Below are positions 9,418 to 18,035 of a DNA stretch of 32,000 nt, in pieces. The translations under genes were made by a program, and so were the position numbers. The DNA is from Candidatus Electrothrix sp. GW3-4 (GTDB lineage Bacteria; Desulfobacterota; Desulfobulbia; Desulfobulbales; Desulfobulbaceae). Position 1 is the stretch's first letter; every line of letters begins with the position of its first letter. The notes beneath the pieces were generated by a model. It ran no database searches. It worked only from the letters and a program-made list of their open reading frames with translations, and was not told where the DNA came from. The DNA lies in the NCBI RefSeq assembly GCF_037902255.1, contig NZ_CP147990.1:1770001-1802000 (forward strand), in the 5' to 3' direction.

Positions 9418-10787
9418 TTAGCCCACTGAAAGCTTTACTTCGGGCTTGGAAAAAAGAATCTTGGTTCGCATAGACTGAATGGAACTGAGCAGGACAAGGG
9501 GGCCGAGTCGACCAACAAACATGAGGAACATAATGATGACCTTACCTGGAGGAGAGAGCTTGGAGGTCAGGCCTGTACTCAGGCCTGTTGTGCCAAAAGC
9601 AGAAACCGCTTCAAAGAGGATTTCCAGAAATTGCCCGCGCGCCTGGGGATGGGGGACATTCCCCCTTCAGTAAAATCCAACGCGATCACACAGAGAAAGA
9701 TAAGGGCCAGGGAGAAAAAGAGCAGGGTCAGGGATTTACTTACCGACTCCCGATCAATAGCGTATTTGCCGATTACGGCCTGGTCCTGGCCCGAGATCTG
9801 GGCCCGGATAAAGGCGGCAAGGATGCGAAAGGTTGTGACCTTGGTCCCGCCTGCGCAGGAACCGGGTGCACCGCCAACAAACATGAGAAAGATCATAAAG
9901 ACCAGCGAGGCATTGGTCATGCCTGCCAGATCCAGCGTATTAAAGCCAGCTGTTCGGCAGGTAACCGACTGAAAGAGCGAGGTGAGGACGGCCTCATGGT
10001 AAGTGATTGCGCCCTTGAGCCCTAAAAACTCAGCGCAAAAGATGTAGAGCCAGCCTGCTCCGACAAGAAAGAGAGAGGTTTGCAGCACCACGGTAAAATG
10101 CCAGCTCTGCTCTACTCTCTTTTGGAATTTCGCAATCGAGACAGCAGGATATCCTTTCCTTCGACAATCACGGCAAAGCCAACCCCACCGAGCAGGATCA
10201 GAAGAATAACGGTCAGGTTGACCAACCAATCACTCTTGTAGCCCACTAAGCTATCAGCGTGCAGGGAAAAACCTGCATTGCAGAAAGCAGATGTCGCATG
10301 AAACAGGGCAGAGAAAGGCGAGAACCCTTGAGGATCGGCAAAAAAGAGCAGTAGGGCCCCAAAGAGCTCAATCACCAGGGTTACGGTCACCATCTGGACA
10401 AGAAATCGGCCCAGATGAAATCCGGAATTATGAAGCAGGCTCTGGCCCACCGCAATTCTAGCGGTCAGGGTGACCCTCTTTTTCCAGAGAAAAAAGGTCA
10501 GACTGGTAAAGGTCATAATCCCCAGCCCCCCATCTGGATAAGGAGCAGGATTACAGCTTGACCGGTCCGCGTGAACTCCTGGCCCGTGTCGGCCACAACA
10601 AGCCCTGTTACACAGACCGCAGAGGTGGCGGTGAACAGAGCATCCAGCCAGGAAAGAACAGGGCCCTGACAACTCAAGGGCGTGTGCAAAAGGCTTGCTC
10701 CGGCAATGATCGCCCCTAAAAAGAAAAAACAGGCAGGGAAATGGGGGCGAAAAAACTTCTTATTTTGCTGCGAAGGCTGGTGTTCAT
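9418..10787 (-). pseudogene. ktrB: K+ transporter membrane subunit KtrB/TrkH family, broken by four 1-nt frameshifts in this sequence
   Basis: Five successive minus-strand frame segments join into a protein of about 457 aa. Segment 1: MNTSLRSKIRSFFAPISLPVFSF. Segment 2: FLGAIIAGASLLHTPLSCQGPVLSWLDALFTATSAVCVTGLVVADTGQEFTRTGQAVILLLIQ. Segment 3: GGLGIMTFTSLTFFLW...VEGKDILLSRLRNSK. Segment 4: RVEQSWHFTVVLQ...ALDFTEGG. Segment 5: NVPHPQARGQFLEILFEAVSAFGTTGLSTGLTSKLSPPGKVIIMFLMFVGRLGPLVLLSSIQSMRTKILFSKPEVKLSVG*. The switches fall at the A5/A6 runs 10718-10729, C6 10526-10531, T4 10120-10123 and C5 9661-9665 (plus-strand bases). Confidence 0.8.
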
Positions 10788-10847
10788 TCGCTTATTCACT
10801 CTGTTTCCGCCCAACGAGAGGGGAGGGGGATAGGAGCTTTTTTTCTC

Positions 10848-10873
10848 AACTATTCGTTAGAACTATTCGTTAG
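10848..10873. repeat. Perfect 13-bp tandem duplication in the ktrB-typA divergent intergenic region
   Basis: AACTATTCGTTAG occurs at 10848-10860 and again immediately at 10861-10873. Confidence 0.9.
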
Positions 10874-11126
10874 TAGGGGAGAAGGAAGATTGACGCCAAT
10901 ATTATCCCTTCAAGGAAGGGTGTGTCAGGGTACATCGAAACCGATGAGCTTGCAAGCTGCAAGCGTTTTTAAGAATTGCTCCCTCTTTCCCCTTGTAAAA
11001 CGGTTTCTTTTGTCTTTTATCGGTCAATCTCCTTGTCTTTTTGATCTTCCTGCTGTACATTCAGGCTCTTTTTATCGAAAGAATAGGCGCGCTACTGCAC
11101 CTTTTTTATTTTCCACAGGAGCTATA

Positions 11127-12926
11127 ATGGACCAGGATAAGATCAGAAATGTGGCGATTATCGCCCATGTCGACCACGGCAAAACCACGCTGGTTGACAA
11201 ATTGTTTCATCAAAGCGGTATGTTCCGCGAAAACCAAGATGTGGCTGAACGCCTTATGGACTCCATGGATTTGGAACGTGAGCGCGGTATTACCATTGCT
11301 TCAAAAAATGGCTCGTACACCTACGGCGAATATAAGATCAATATTATTGATACGCCAGGTCATGCCGATTTTGGTGGCCAGGTGGAGCGCGTTATGCGCA
11401 TGGCCGACGGGGTCGTTCTGCTGGTGGACGCCCAGGAAGGCCCTATGCCCCAGACCTTTTTTGTGGTAAAAAAGGCCTTAGCAGCCAAGTTGCCCATCCT
11501 GGTACTCGTCAATAAAATCGACAAAGACGGCGCCCGCTGTGAATGGGTGGTAGATGAAGTCTTTGATCTGCTGGCTCGCCTGGAAGCACCTGATGAGACC
11601 CTTGATTTTCCAGTGGTCTACGGTTCAGCCAAAGAGGGCTATATGGTGGAAGAACCAAATGACCCCATTGTGCCGGGACAGGGGATGGAGCTGATCTCCG
11701 AGATGATTGTTAAACATGTTCCCCCGCCTCCTGGTGATATTAAAGCTCCCTTGCAGTTGCAGATCAATACCATTGATTACTCCCCATATCTGGGCCGGCT
11801 GGGCATTGGTCGTCTGGCAAACGGGACCCTGCGCCTGAACGAAAATATTGTGGTTTCCCGTCGTGATGGTTCCATCAAGCCAGTGCGGATTACAAAGATT
11901 TTCAGCTTTGTCGGCGATGAACAGGTCCCTGTGGACAGCGCCTGTGCCGGAGATATTGTTGCCGTAGCTGGTATGGAAGACGTCACCGTCGGTGTGACTT
12001 TTACAGACCCGGATAATCCGCAGCCCCTGCCCCTGATCGAGATTGATCCGCCCACCATCTCCATGCATTTTATACCCAATGATTCGCCCTTTGCTGGTCA
12101 GGACGGAAAATTTGTGACCTCCCGTCATCTGGAAGAGCGCCTGAACAAGGAAACCCTGGCCGATGTGGCCCTGCATGTAGAACCACTCACTGACGGGGTT
12201 GGCTTTCAGGTCTCTGGTCGTGGCGAACTGCATCTCTCTATCCTGATTGAACAGATGCGCCGTGAGGGCTACGAGTTCCAGGTCACCCGGCCCCATGTCA
12301 TTATGCGGGAAGAAAACGGTAAGACCATTGAACCCTATGAGTCTTTGACCGTTGATGTGGATGAGCAGTATCAGGGCGTGGTGATTGAAAAACTGGGCAA
12401 GCTCAAAGGCGTGCTCAGTGATATGCAGGTGGAAAACGGCATGTCCCGGATGGTCTTTAAGGTGCCTACCCGAGGATTGCTTGGCTATCGTTCTGAGTTC
12501 ATGACTGATACCCGAGGCATGGGCGTAATGAACTATGTCTTTGCCGAATGGGGCCCTCATGCCGGTGAGATTCAGAACCGCCAGAACGGGGTCATGATTG
12601 TCAAGGAAAACTGCACCAGTGTGGCCTATGCCCTGTTCAATTTGCAGGACCGAGGTATCCTGTTTGTGAATCCAGGGGAGGAACTGTACAAGGGCCAGAT
12701 CATTGGTGAGAACAGTCGTCCTGCTGATCTGGTGGTCAACCCGGCCAAAGGCAAAAAGCTGACCAATATGCGGGCATCAGGATCGGATGATGCGGTAATC
12801 ATCACCCCACCTCTTGACATGAGCTTGGAAGACTGCATATCATATATTAATGATGATGAGCTGGTGGAGGTCACTCCCCGGATTATTCGTCTCCGAAAAC
12901 AAAAAGACGCCAAGATTCGGGCGTAA
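11127..12926 (+). CDS. typA: Translational GTPase TypA/BipA
   Basis: The track ORF (TTG at 10890) was trimmed to ATG 11127, which is preceded by AGGAG. The protein starts MDQDKIRNVAIIAHVDHGKTTLVDKLF (G1) and carries DTPGHADFGGQVER (G3) and NKIDK (G4). At 599 aa it has typical BipA length and domain order. Confidence 0.95.
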   Translation: MDQDKIRNVAIIAHVDHGKTTLVDKLFHQSGMFRENQDVAERLMDSMDLERERGITIASKNGSYTYGEYKINIIDTPGHADFGGQVERVMRMADGVVLLVDAQEGPMPQTFFVVKKALAAKLPILVLVNKIDKDGARCEWVVDEVFDLLARLEAPDETLDFPVVYGSAKEGYMVEEPNDPIVPGQGMELISEMIVKHVPPPPGDIKAPLQLQINTIDYSPYLGRLGIGRLANGTLRLNENIVVSRRDGSIKPVRITKIFSFVGDEQVPVDSACAGDIVAVAGMEDVTVGVTFTDPDNPQPLPLIEIDPPTISMHFIPNDSPFAGQDGKFVTSRHLEERLNKETLADVALHVEPLTDGVGFQVSGRGELHLSILIEQMRREGYEFQVTRPHVIMREENGKTIEPYESLTVDVDEQYQGVVIEKLGKLKGVLSDMQVENGMSRMVFKVPTRGLLGYRSEFMTDTRGMGVMNYVFAEWGPHAGEIQNRQNGVMIVKENCTSVAYALFNLQDRGILFVNPGEELYKGQIIGENSRPADLVVNPAKGKKLTNMRASGSDDAVIITPPLDMSLEDCISYINDDELVEVTPRIIRLRKQKDAKIRA

Positions 12927-12948
12927 GGAAATACTTAAATCAAAGGCT

Positions 12949-12980
12949 GTAGGGTCACGGCGTGCCGTGTCCCTACTTTA
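12949..12980 (+). terminator. Rho-independent terminator of typA
   Basis: GTAGGGTCACGGC-gt-GCCGTGTCCCTAC (13-bp stem, one mismatch) followed by TTTA. It begins 22 nt after the typA stop. Confidence 0.6.
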
Positions 12981-12985
12981 TAAAA

Positions 12986-13156
12986 ATGAATGAATTGCTC
13001 ATACTGACCATATCCTTGCTCAGCGCATTAGCAGTCTTTATCCTGATCCCCAACCTGCTGCAACGCAAGGGGATTCACTGCATGCCCTGACTGCTGATGT
13101 ACAGCTCCACAGGTGTGGGGTTCTTTGTCTATTTCATCTTAAAAGCCCTGTTTTGA
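12986..13156 (+). other. Candidate small membrane-protein ORF with an in-frame TGA (34 codons, TGA, then 21 more codons)
   Basis: ATG 12986 gives MNELLILTISLLSALAVFILIPNLLQRKGIHCMP, then TGA (13088-13090), then LLMYSSTGVGFFVYFILKALF, then TGA (13154-13156). There are two hydrophobic segments. No Shine-Dalgarno is visible, and the ATG sits 5 nt after the typA terminator, so this may not be a gene at all. Confidence 0.2.
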
Positions 13157-13236
13157 AGGGTGAAGCAGAGCTTTCGTTGTTCGGTAGACAAGGGCCTTTG
13201 TCATGATTTGTTATCGATGTAAAATAACTTGCCCGT

Positions 13237-13638
13237 ATGACTGATCAAGAATTCGCTGCAATTTTTTTGAGAGAATACGATGAAGTTCAAAAATCGCGTG
13301 CGACCAGTGGTCAGGCAATTGTCTATGTTGACAATTTAGTCAATAGCGATCCGCATAACGCCCTTGAACTCCTTGCTGCTATCATAGAGTCGTGTACAGA
13401 GAACAAACAGCTTGCCTCCGTTGCTGCGGGGCCGCTCGAAAATCTTTTTGTTTATCATGGCTATGAAATAATAAACGTCATCAAAGAAAAGGCTGATTGT
13501 AGTGAAAAATTCCAACTTGCCTTGACTGGGGTTTGGTTGGACGAAGAAGATGATGCAATTTTTTCTCAATGGTTCCAGCTGATGCAACGCTATAACTTCG
13601 TAGGAGATAATCCGCGGCAGGGTTTGCAACGGGAATAA
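13237..13638 (+). CDS. Hypothetical protein (helical, acidic; A+T-richer than neighbours)
   Basis: A 133-aa ORF, MTDQEFAAIFLREYDEVQKS...GPLENLFVYHGYEIINVIKEKADCSEKFQLALTGVWLDEEDD. The composition looks protein-like but I cannot name a family with confidence. The antisense ORFs look like artefacts. Confidence 0.5.
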   Translation: MTDQEFAAIFLREYDEVQKSRATSGQAIVYVDNLVNSDPHNALELLAAIIESCTENKQLASVAAGPLENLFVYHGYEIINVIKEKADCSEKFQLALTGVWLDEEDDAIFSQWFQLMQRYNFVGDNPRQGLQRE

Positions 13639-13772
13639 GCAGTATACCATATTCTTCGACCTCGCTGTCTTGCCTGCCTGAAAAGGACAGCGTAAGAAGG
13701 TGTTGACAAAAAGTTAACAGAAAGCATGAGGTATGAGGAGCGAAGGCTGACAAGAAAGACTGACTAAACAGA

Positions 13773-14015
13773 GTGAAGAACAACAGAGAAAAAAAGAAAC
13801 GCTTTACTGTCTCTTTTTATCATGATTGGTGCAAAAGCTGCGGTATCTGTATGGCCTTCTGTCCGCAAAAGATCATCACACCTGGCAAGGAAGGAAAACC
13901 TGAAATTTTTGAGAAAGACAGCTGTGTGGGCTGTCGTTTCTGTGAGATGCATTGCCCGGATTTCGCCATAACCGTATCTGAATCCAATATCAGCAGAAGG
14001 CGGGATAATGAGTGA
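13773..14015 (+). CDS. korD: 2-oxoacid:ferredoxin oxidoreductase delta subunit (2x[4Fe-4S] ferredoxin-like)
   Basis: An 80-aa ORF with a GTG start, the only start codon in the open frame. It carries two cluster motifs, CKSCGICMAFCP and CVGCRFCEMHCP. It overlaps the korA start by 8 nt. Confidence 0.8.
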   Translation: MKNNREKKKRFTVSFYHDWCKSCGICMAFCPQKIITPGKEGKPEIFEKDSCVGCRFCEMHCPDFAITVSESNISRRRDNE

Positions 14016-15165
14016 GGAAATACACGCACGACGCCTGCTGCAGGGGAATGAGGCCATTGTCCAAGGGGCTTTGGCTGCCCGCTGTCGTTTTTTTGCGGGC
14101 TATCCCATTACCCCGGCCTCTGAAATTGCGGAACAGCTCTCCGTCCGCTTACCGGCGGTTAATGGCACCTTTATTCAGATGGAAGATGAGATTGCCAGCA
14201 TCGGGGCGGTGATCGGGGCTTCACTAGCCGGGGGCAAGGCCATGACCGCTACTTCTGGTCCTGGCTTTTCCCTGATGCAGGAAAATCTTGGTTTTGCCTG
14301 CGCTGCTGAAGTCCCCTGCGTTATTGTCAATGTCATGCGAGGCGGCCCCTCAACCGGCCTGCCGACCAGCCCGGCCCAGGGTGATGTGCAGATGGCGCGT
14401 TGGGGAACTCATGGTGATCACTCCATTATCGTCCTGGCTGTCTCAAGCGTTCTTGATTCCTTCATAATGACGGTAAGGGCTTTTAATCTTGCAGAAAAAT
14501 ATCGGGTTCCGGTTATTATTCTCTCTGATGAGGTGGTCGCTCATACCCGTGAATCCGTGGAGCTCCCCCTGAAGAGCGAGGTCAAGGTGGTGGACAGAAT
14601 TGCTCCGGGAATGCCTCCAGACTGGTATAAGCCCTATCAGGAAGATGCCCGAGGGGTCCCGCCTATGGCCGCTTTCGGCGATGGCTATCGTCACCACGTG
14701 ACTGGCCTTGTCCATGATCAGGACGGTTTTCCCACCCAGAATCCGCAGGAGGTGGAAAAATTTCACCAGCGCTTATCCATGAAGATAACCAAGGGCTTGC
14801 CTGATATTCAGCTGACCAGGAAATTTCATATGGATGATGCGGAGCTCTTTGTGGTTGCTTATGGCTCGGTTGCCCGCTCTGCCATGCGGGCCGTGGAAGA
14901 GGCGCGTATGGCTGGAATACGGGCAGGGCTTGTCCAGCTGATTACCCTGTTCCCCTTTCCACGCAGGACCCTGACCCCGTATTTACAGCAATGTCATTCG
15001 GTGTTGGTTCCAGAACTTAATCTTGGTCAGATCAGCCGGGAGGTGCAACGGGTGAATCAGGGCCAATGCACTGTTGTGAAACAAAACAGGGTCGACGGCA
15101 GGTTGATCACTCCCCAGGAAATATATAACCGTCTGGTTAAGCTTAGCAGTGGACGTCTTTCCTGA
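14008..15165 (+). CDS. korA: 2-oxoacid (2-oxoglutarate-type):ferredoxin oxidoreductase alpha subunit
   Basis: A 385-aa ORF. The segment LLQGNEAIVQGALAARCRFFAGYPITPASEI is the typical KorA/PorA N-terminus. It sits in the operon with the delta, beta and gamma subunits. Confidence 0.9.
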   Translation: MSEEIHARRLLQGNEAIVQGALAARCRFFAGYPITPASEIAEQLSVRLPAVNGTFIQMEDEIASIGAVIGASLAGGKAMTATSGPGFSLMQENLGFACAAEVPCVIVNVMRGGPSTGLPTSPAQGDVQMARWGTHGDHSIIVLAVSSVLDSFIMTVRAFNLAEKYRVPVIILSDEVVAHTRESVELPLKSEVKVVDRIAPGMPPDWYKPYQEDARGVPPMAAFGDGYRHHVTGLVHDQDGFPTQNPQEVEKFHQRLSMKITKGLPDIQLTRKFHMDDAELFVVAYGSVARSAMRAVEEARMAGIRAGLVQLITLFPFPRRTLTPYLQQCHSVLVPELNLGQISREVQRVNQGQCTVVKQNRVDGRLITPQEIYNRLVKLSSGRLS

Positions 15166-15257
15166 TCAGGATATCAGGAGACCAGGATGTAGCTGATAAC
15201 CGGCCTGCAGGTTATCAACTCCACAATTCTAATATGCAGTAATCCTTCGCATTGATT

Positions 15258-16100
15258 ATGCCTCCTTCAATACAGGCCCTTACCCATACATATTTCCGTC
15301 ATAATAAACGATTTCCCCATGTCTGGTGCCCAGGCTGCGGCAACGGCATTGTGATGGGCGCCCTTTTGCGGGCCATCACCAGGCTTGAGTTGGAAAAAGA
15401 TGAAATCGTTCTGGCCTCGGGCATTGGCTGTTCCGGGCGAATGCCCACCTATCTTGATTTTAATACCCTGCACACCACCCACGGTCGGGCGCTGACCTTT
15501 GCCACTGGCATCAAGTTGGCTAATCCTGCGCTGAACGTGGTAGCCATTATGGGGGATGGTGATGCCACGGCCATTGGCGGCAATCATTTGATCCATGCAG
15601 CCCGGCGTAATCTGAACCTGACCGCCATTATCATTAATAACTCCATTTATGGCATGACCGGGGGGCAGTATTCACCAACCACACCCTTTGGCTCCACAAC
15701 CACGACCTCGGTGTACGGGCATATTGAGCATGCCTTTTCCATCGCAGAATTGGCTGTGACAGCCGGTGCCTCCTTTGTTGCCCGTTCAACAGTCTACCAT
15801 GCTGCCTTGGCAGATCAGCTCATTGAACAGGCCATGATGAAACCAGGCTTTGCCGTGGTGGAGATTATCTCGAATTGCCATGTGCAATACGGCAGGCGCA
15901 ATAAGATTGGTAATGCCGTTGAGATGCTGACAGCCTTTAAAGAACAGGCCGTAACCGTGAAAAAAGCAGCAACAATGGAGCAAAAGGAACTCCAGGGGAA
16001 AGTTACCATCGGAGTCTTGGCAGATCGGGACCTTCCTGTTTCCACGGATGAATATAAAAAGATTCGGGAACGGGCCAGGGCGGCACAGGAGGAGAGCTGA
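15258..16100 (+). CDS. korB: 2-oxoacid:ferredoxin oxidoreductase beta subunit (TPP-binding)
   Basis: I prefer ATG 15258 over the TTG at 15252. The protein carries WCPGCGNGIV and the TPP motif GDGDATAIGGNHLIHAARRNLNLTAIIINN. Confidence 0.9.
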   Translation: MPPSIQALTHTYFRHNKRFPHVWCPGCGNGIVMGALLRAITRLELEKDEIVLASGIGCSGRMPTYLDFNTLHTTHGRALTFATGIKLANPALNVVAIMGDGDATAIGGNHLIHAARRNLNLTAIIINNSIYGMTGGQYSPTTPFGSTTTTSVYGHIEHAFSIAELAVTAGASFVARSTVYHAALADQLIEQAMMKPGFAVVEIISNCHVQYGRRNKIGNAVEMLTAFKEQAVTVKKAATMEQKELQGKVTIGVLADRDLPVSTDEYKKIRERARAAQEES

Positions 16101-16102
16101 GC

Positions 16103-16714
16103 ATGCACCAGGAACGCGGCCTGCAACAGGACGAATCGCAGCGCTATGAAATAGGTTTTAGCGGCGCAGGTGGCCAGGGTATCATCACCCAGGCGATCAT
16201 TTTTGCTGAAGCCGTTGGCGTGTACAGTGGCAAGTATGTTTGCCAGACTCAGAGTTACGGACCAGAGGCCAGGGGCGGGAAGTCCAAGGCTGAGGTCGTT
16301 ATCAGTACTACCCCTATTGATTACCCCAAGGCCTTGGGGCTTGATCTCTTGCTGGCTATGAACCAGGCCTCCTGTGATGCCTATTTTTTCGATCTGAAGA
16401 ATGACGGAATCCTGGTTATTGATAAAGGCCTGGTTGAGCAATCGCCCACCAGCCGGGTTGTGGCCCTCCCGTTTACCTCTATCGCTCGGAAGGAGATTGG
16501 TCGGGAAATGACCGCGAATATGATTTCTTTGGGCGCTGTTGGTGTGCTTTCTGGGCAGGTTGATCTTGCTCTTTTGGAAAAAGCCATTCTTGCCAGGGTG
16601 CCTGCTGGCAGCGAAAAGATGAACGCGACAGCATTCTGGCGCGGAGTAGAGGAGGCAAAAAAAATAAATCTTGCAAACTTACCACGATCAGTTCTCTCTG
16701 AAGAAGCTGTTTGA
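16103..16714 (+). CDS. korC: 2-oxoacid:ferredoxin oxidoreductase gamma subunit
   Basis: A 203-aa ORF starting 2 nt after the korB stop. The segment GFSGAGGQGIITQAIIFAEA is the typical gamma-subunit N-terminus. Confidence 0.85.
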   Translation: MHQERGLQQDESQRYEIGFSGAGGQGIITQAIIFAEAVGVYSGKYVCQTQSYGPEARGGKSKAEVVISTTPIDYPKALGLDLLLAMNQASCDAYFFDLKNDGILVIDKGLVEQSPTSRVVALPFTSIARKEIGREMTANMISLGAVGVLSGQVDLALLEKAILARVPAGSEKMNATAFWRGVEEAKKINLANLPRSVLSEEAV

Positions 16715-16939
16715 GAAAGATAAAGGGCCTTTCTTTCTTTTTCTTGCAAAATAGTTTACAGTATTTTTTTATAAGGTCTTCTGTGTGGTTGCGTTGGCTG
16801 GAAAGACTTTGTAAGACGAAAAGAGCATCAGCGTCGGCATCTGCCCATCAATATCCGGGGATTGCATATCCCTTTGCCCTGTCGTGATTATTGAAGGCCC
16901 TCATAGGGGCTTGGTCGACAGGAAAGGAGAATTATCTTA

Positions 16940-18019
16940 ATGCTGGTTATCTGTGAAGATTGTGCTAAGAAATATTCCATTGATGAACAACGGATTAAAG
17001 CTCCTAAGGTAAAGTTTAAATGTCGAGCCTGTAATCATATTATAATTGTAGAAAAACCGAAAAAGAGCAAAGATACCCCATCAGAGGACCTGAGCACCTC
17101 CTTGCTTGTTGCTGAACAGGGAACAGCTGAACATAAGATAAAGGAAAAAGGAGAGCAGAGGCGGGCAAAGAGGACAAGTCTCCCTCCCCCTGCCGACCCC
17201 TCACCCTCGGTACGGGCGGCTCTGAGGCATTCGGCAGCAGCAGCTGGCAAAGGGATGCCTTTTTTTGTCTATCTGTTAGCGATCATGCTGGTTGGTCTCC
17301 TGAGCATCAGTACCATCTTTGTTCATTTCTATCTCAAGACGATTCCCGACGTCCTTCAGCATCAGCTCGAATTGCGCAGCCAAGCCCTGACGGAGTCATT
17401 AAAAGGGACAATCGCGTCGCCACTCTCCAGAAAAGACTACTTGACAGTGAACCAGGAGGTGAAGCGAATAAGTAAGCTTTCCGGGGTTGCTTATGTTGCC
17501 GTGCGCAATAAGCAGGGGGTTGTTCTTGCTGGCTTCTTTGGAAATCTCAATAGATTTGATAATCATTTCGCCCAAAAAAACAAAGAAAAAGGATTCCAAA
17601 CGGATTTCCTGACAAAGAATACGATTACTCCCGGTACAGAGGAGGCAGGCGTTAAGCTCAGAGTTGGTGGCCTTTCTGTCTATGACCAGGTAATGGCCCT
17701 TCCCGCTCCTGGTGGTGAATTGCATGTGGGCTTATATGTTGACGAACTTGAAAAACATTTTTTGAAGGCCCTGTTTTCCCCTCTAACCCTGGCCCTGCTG
17801 TTGTTGTTTGTACTCTCAGCCTATATCCTTTTTGTTCTCCTTGATAAATTGATTACTGAACCGATGCGTTCTCTGACCAATGTTGCCAATCGGATCAGCT
17901 TAGGAGAACTTGACCTTGCCATTATGGCGGCCGGGCCACGGGAGATCCGAGAGCTGGGAGCCGCCCTTGAGCGCATGCGCCATTCCATCAAGGTCGCTAT
18001 GGAGCGACTGAGCCGATAA
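16940..18019 (+). CDS. Membrane protein with N-terminal MJ0042-type zinc ribbon, extracytoplasmic domain and C-terminal HAMP domain (no output domain)
   Basis: The N-terminus is MLVICEDCAKKYSIDEQRIKAPKVKFKCRACNHIIIV (CxxC...CxxC). There are two hydrophobic helices, FFVYLLAIMLVGLLSISTIFVHFYL and LTLALLLLFVLSAYILFVLL. These are followed by the HAMP-like LITEPMRSLTNVANRISLGELDLAI...EIRELGAALERMRHSI, and the protein ends about 10 aa later. An AGGAG RBS is present upstream. Confidence 0.7.
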   Translation: MLVICEDCAKKYSIDEQRIKAPKVKFKCRACNHIIIVEKPKKSKDTPSEDLSTSLLVAEQGTAEHKIKEKGEQRRAKRTSLPPPADPSPSVRAALRHSAAAAGKGMPFFVYLLAIMLVGLLSISTIFVHFYLKTIPDVLQHQLELRSQALTESLKGTIASPLSRKDYLTVNQEVKRISKLSGVAYVAVRNKQGVVLAGFFGNLNRFDNHFAQKNKEKGFQTDFLTKNTITPGTEEAGVKLRVGGLSVYDQVMALPAPGGELHVGLYVDELEKHFLKALFSPLTLALLLLFVLSAYILFVLLDKLITEPMRSLTNVANRISLGELDLAIMAAGPREIRELGAALERMRHSIKVAMERLSR

Positions 18020-18035
18020 CCGAACCCCCACCACC

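Noticed and set aside
10788-10900. c-di-AMP (ydaO/kimA-type) riboswitch upstream of the K+ transporter genes
   Set aside because: The ktrB leader is short, and I could not find the paired pseudo-symmetric ACGGGG/CCGA-type elements of that class.
10890-11126. 79-codon N-terminal extension of typA from a TTG start
   Set aside because: The extension has no similarity to BipA proteins. BipA normally begins just before the G1 motif, and ATG 11127 has a good AGGAG RBS.
11625-12560. 311-aa ORF antisense to typA, and similar long antisense ORFs (4158..4952, 5199..5816, 7472..8422, 8845..9378, 15815..16441, 21465..22082, 26409..27080)
   Set aside because: Each lies fully inside a confidently identified gene on the opposite strand and has no recognisable motifs. 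These are typical shadow ORFs of moderately GC-rich coding DNA.
13703-13745. Sigma70 promoter for the kor operon (TTGACA at 13703-13708)
   Set aside because: No acceptable -10 hexamer lies at 16-19 nt spacing. The candidates are ATGAGG at 17 nt and TATGAG at about 23 nt, so the call is not supportable from sequence alone.
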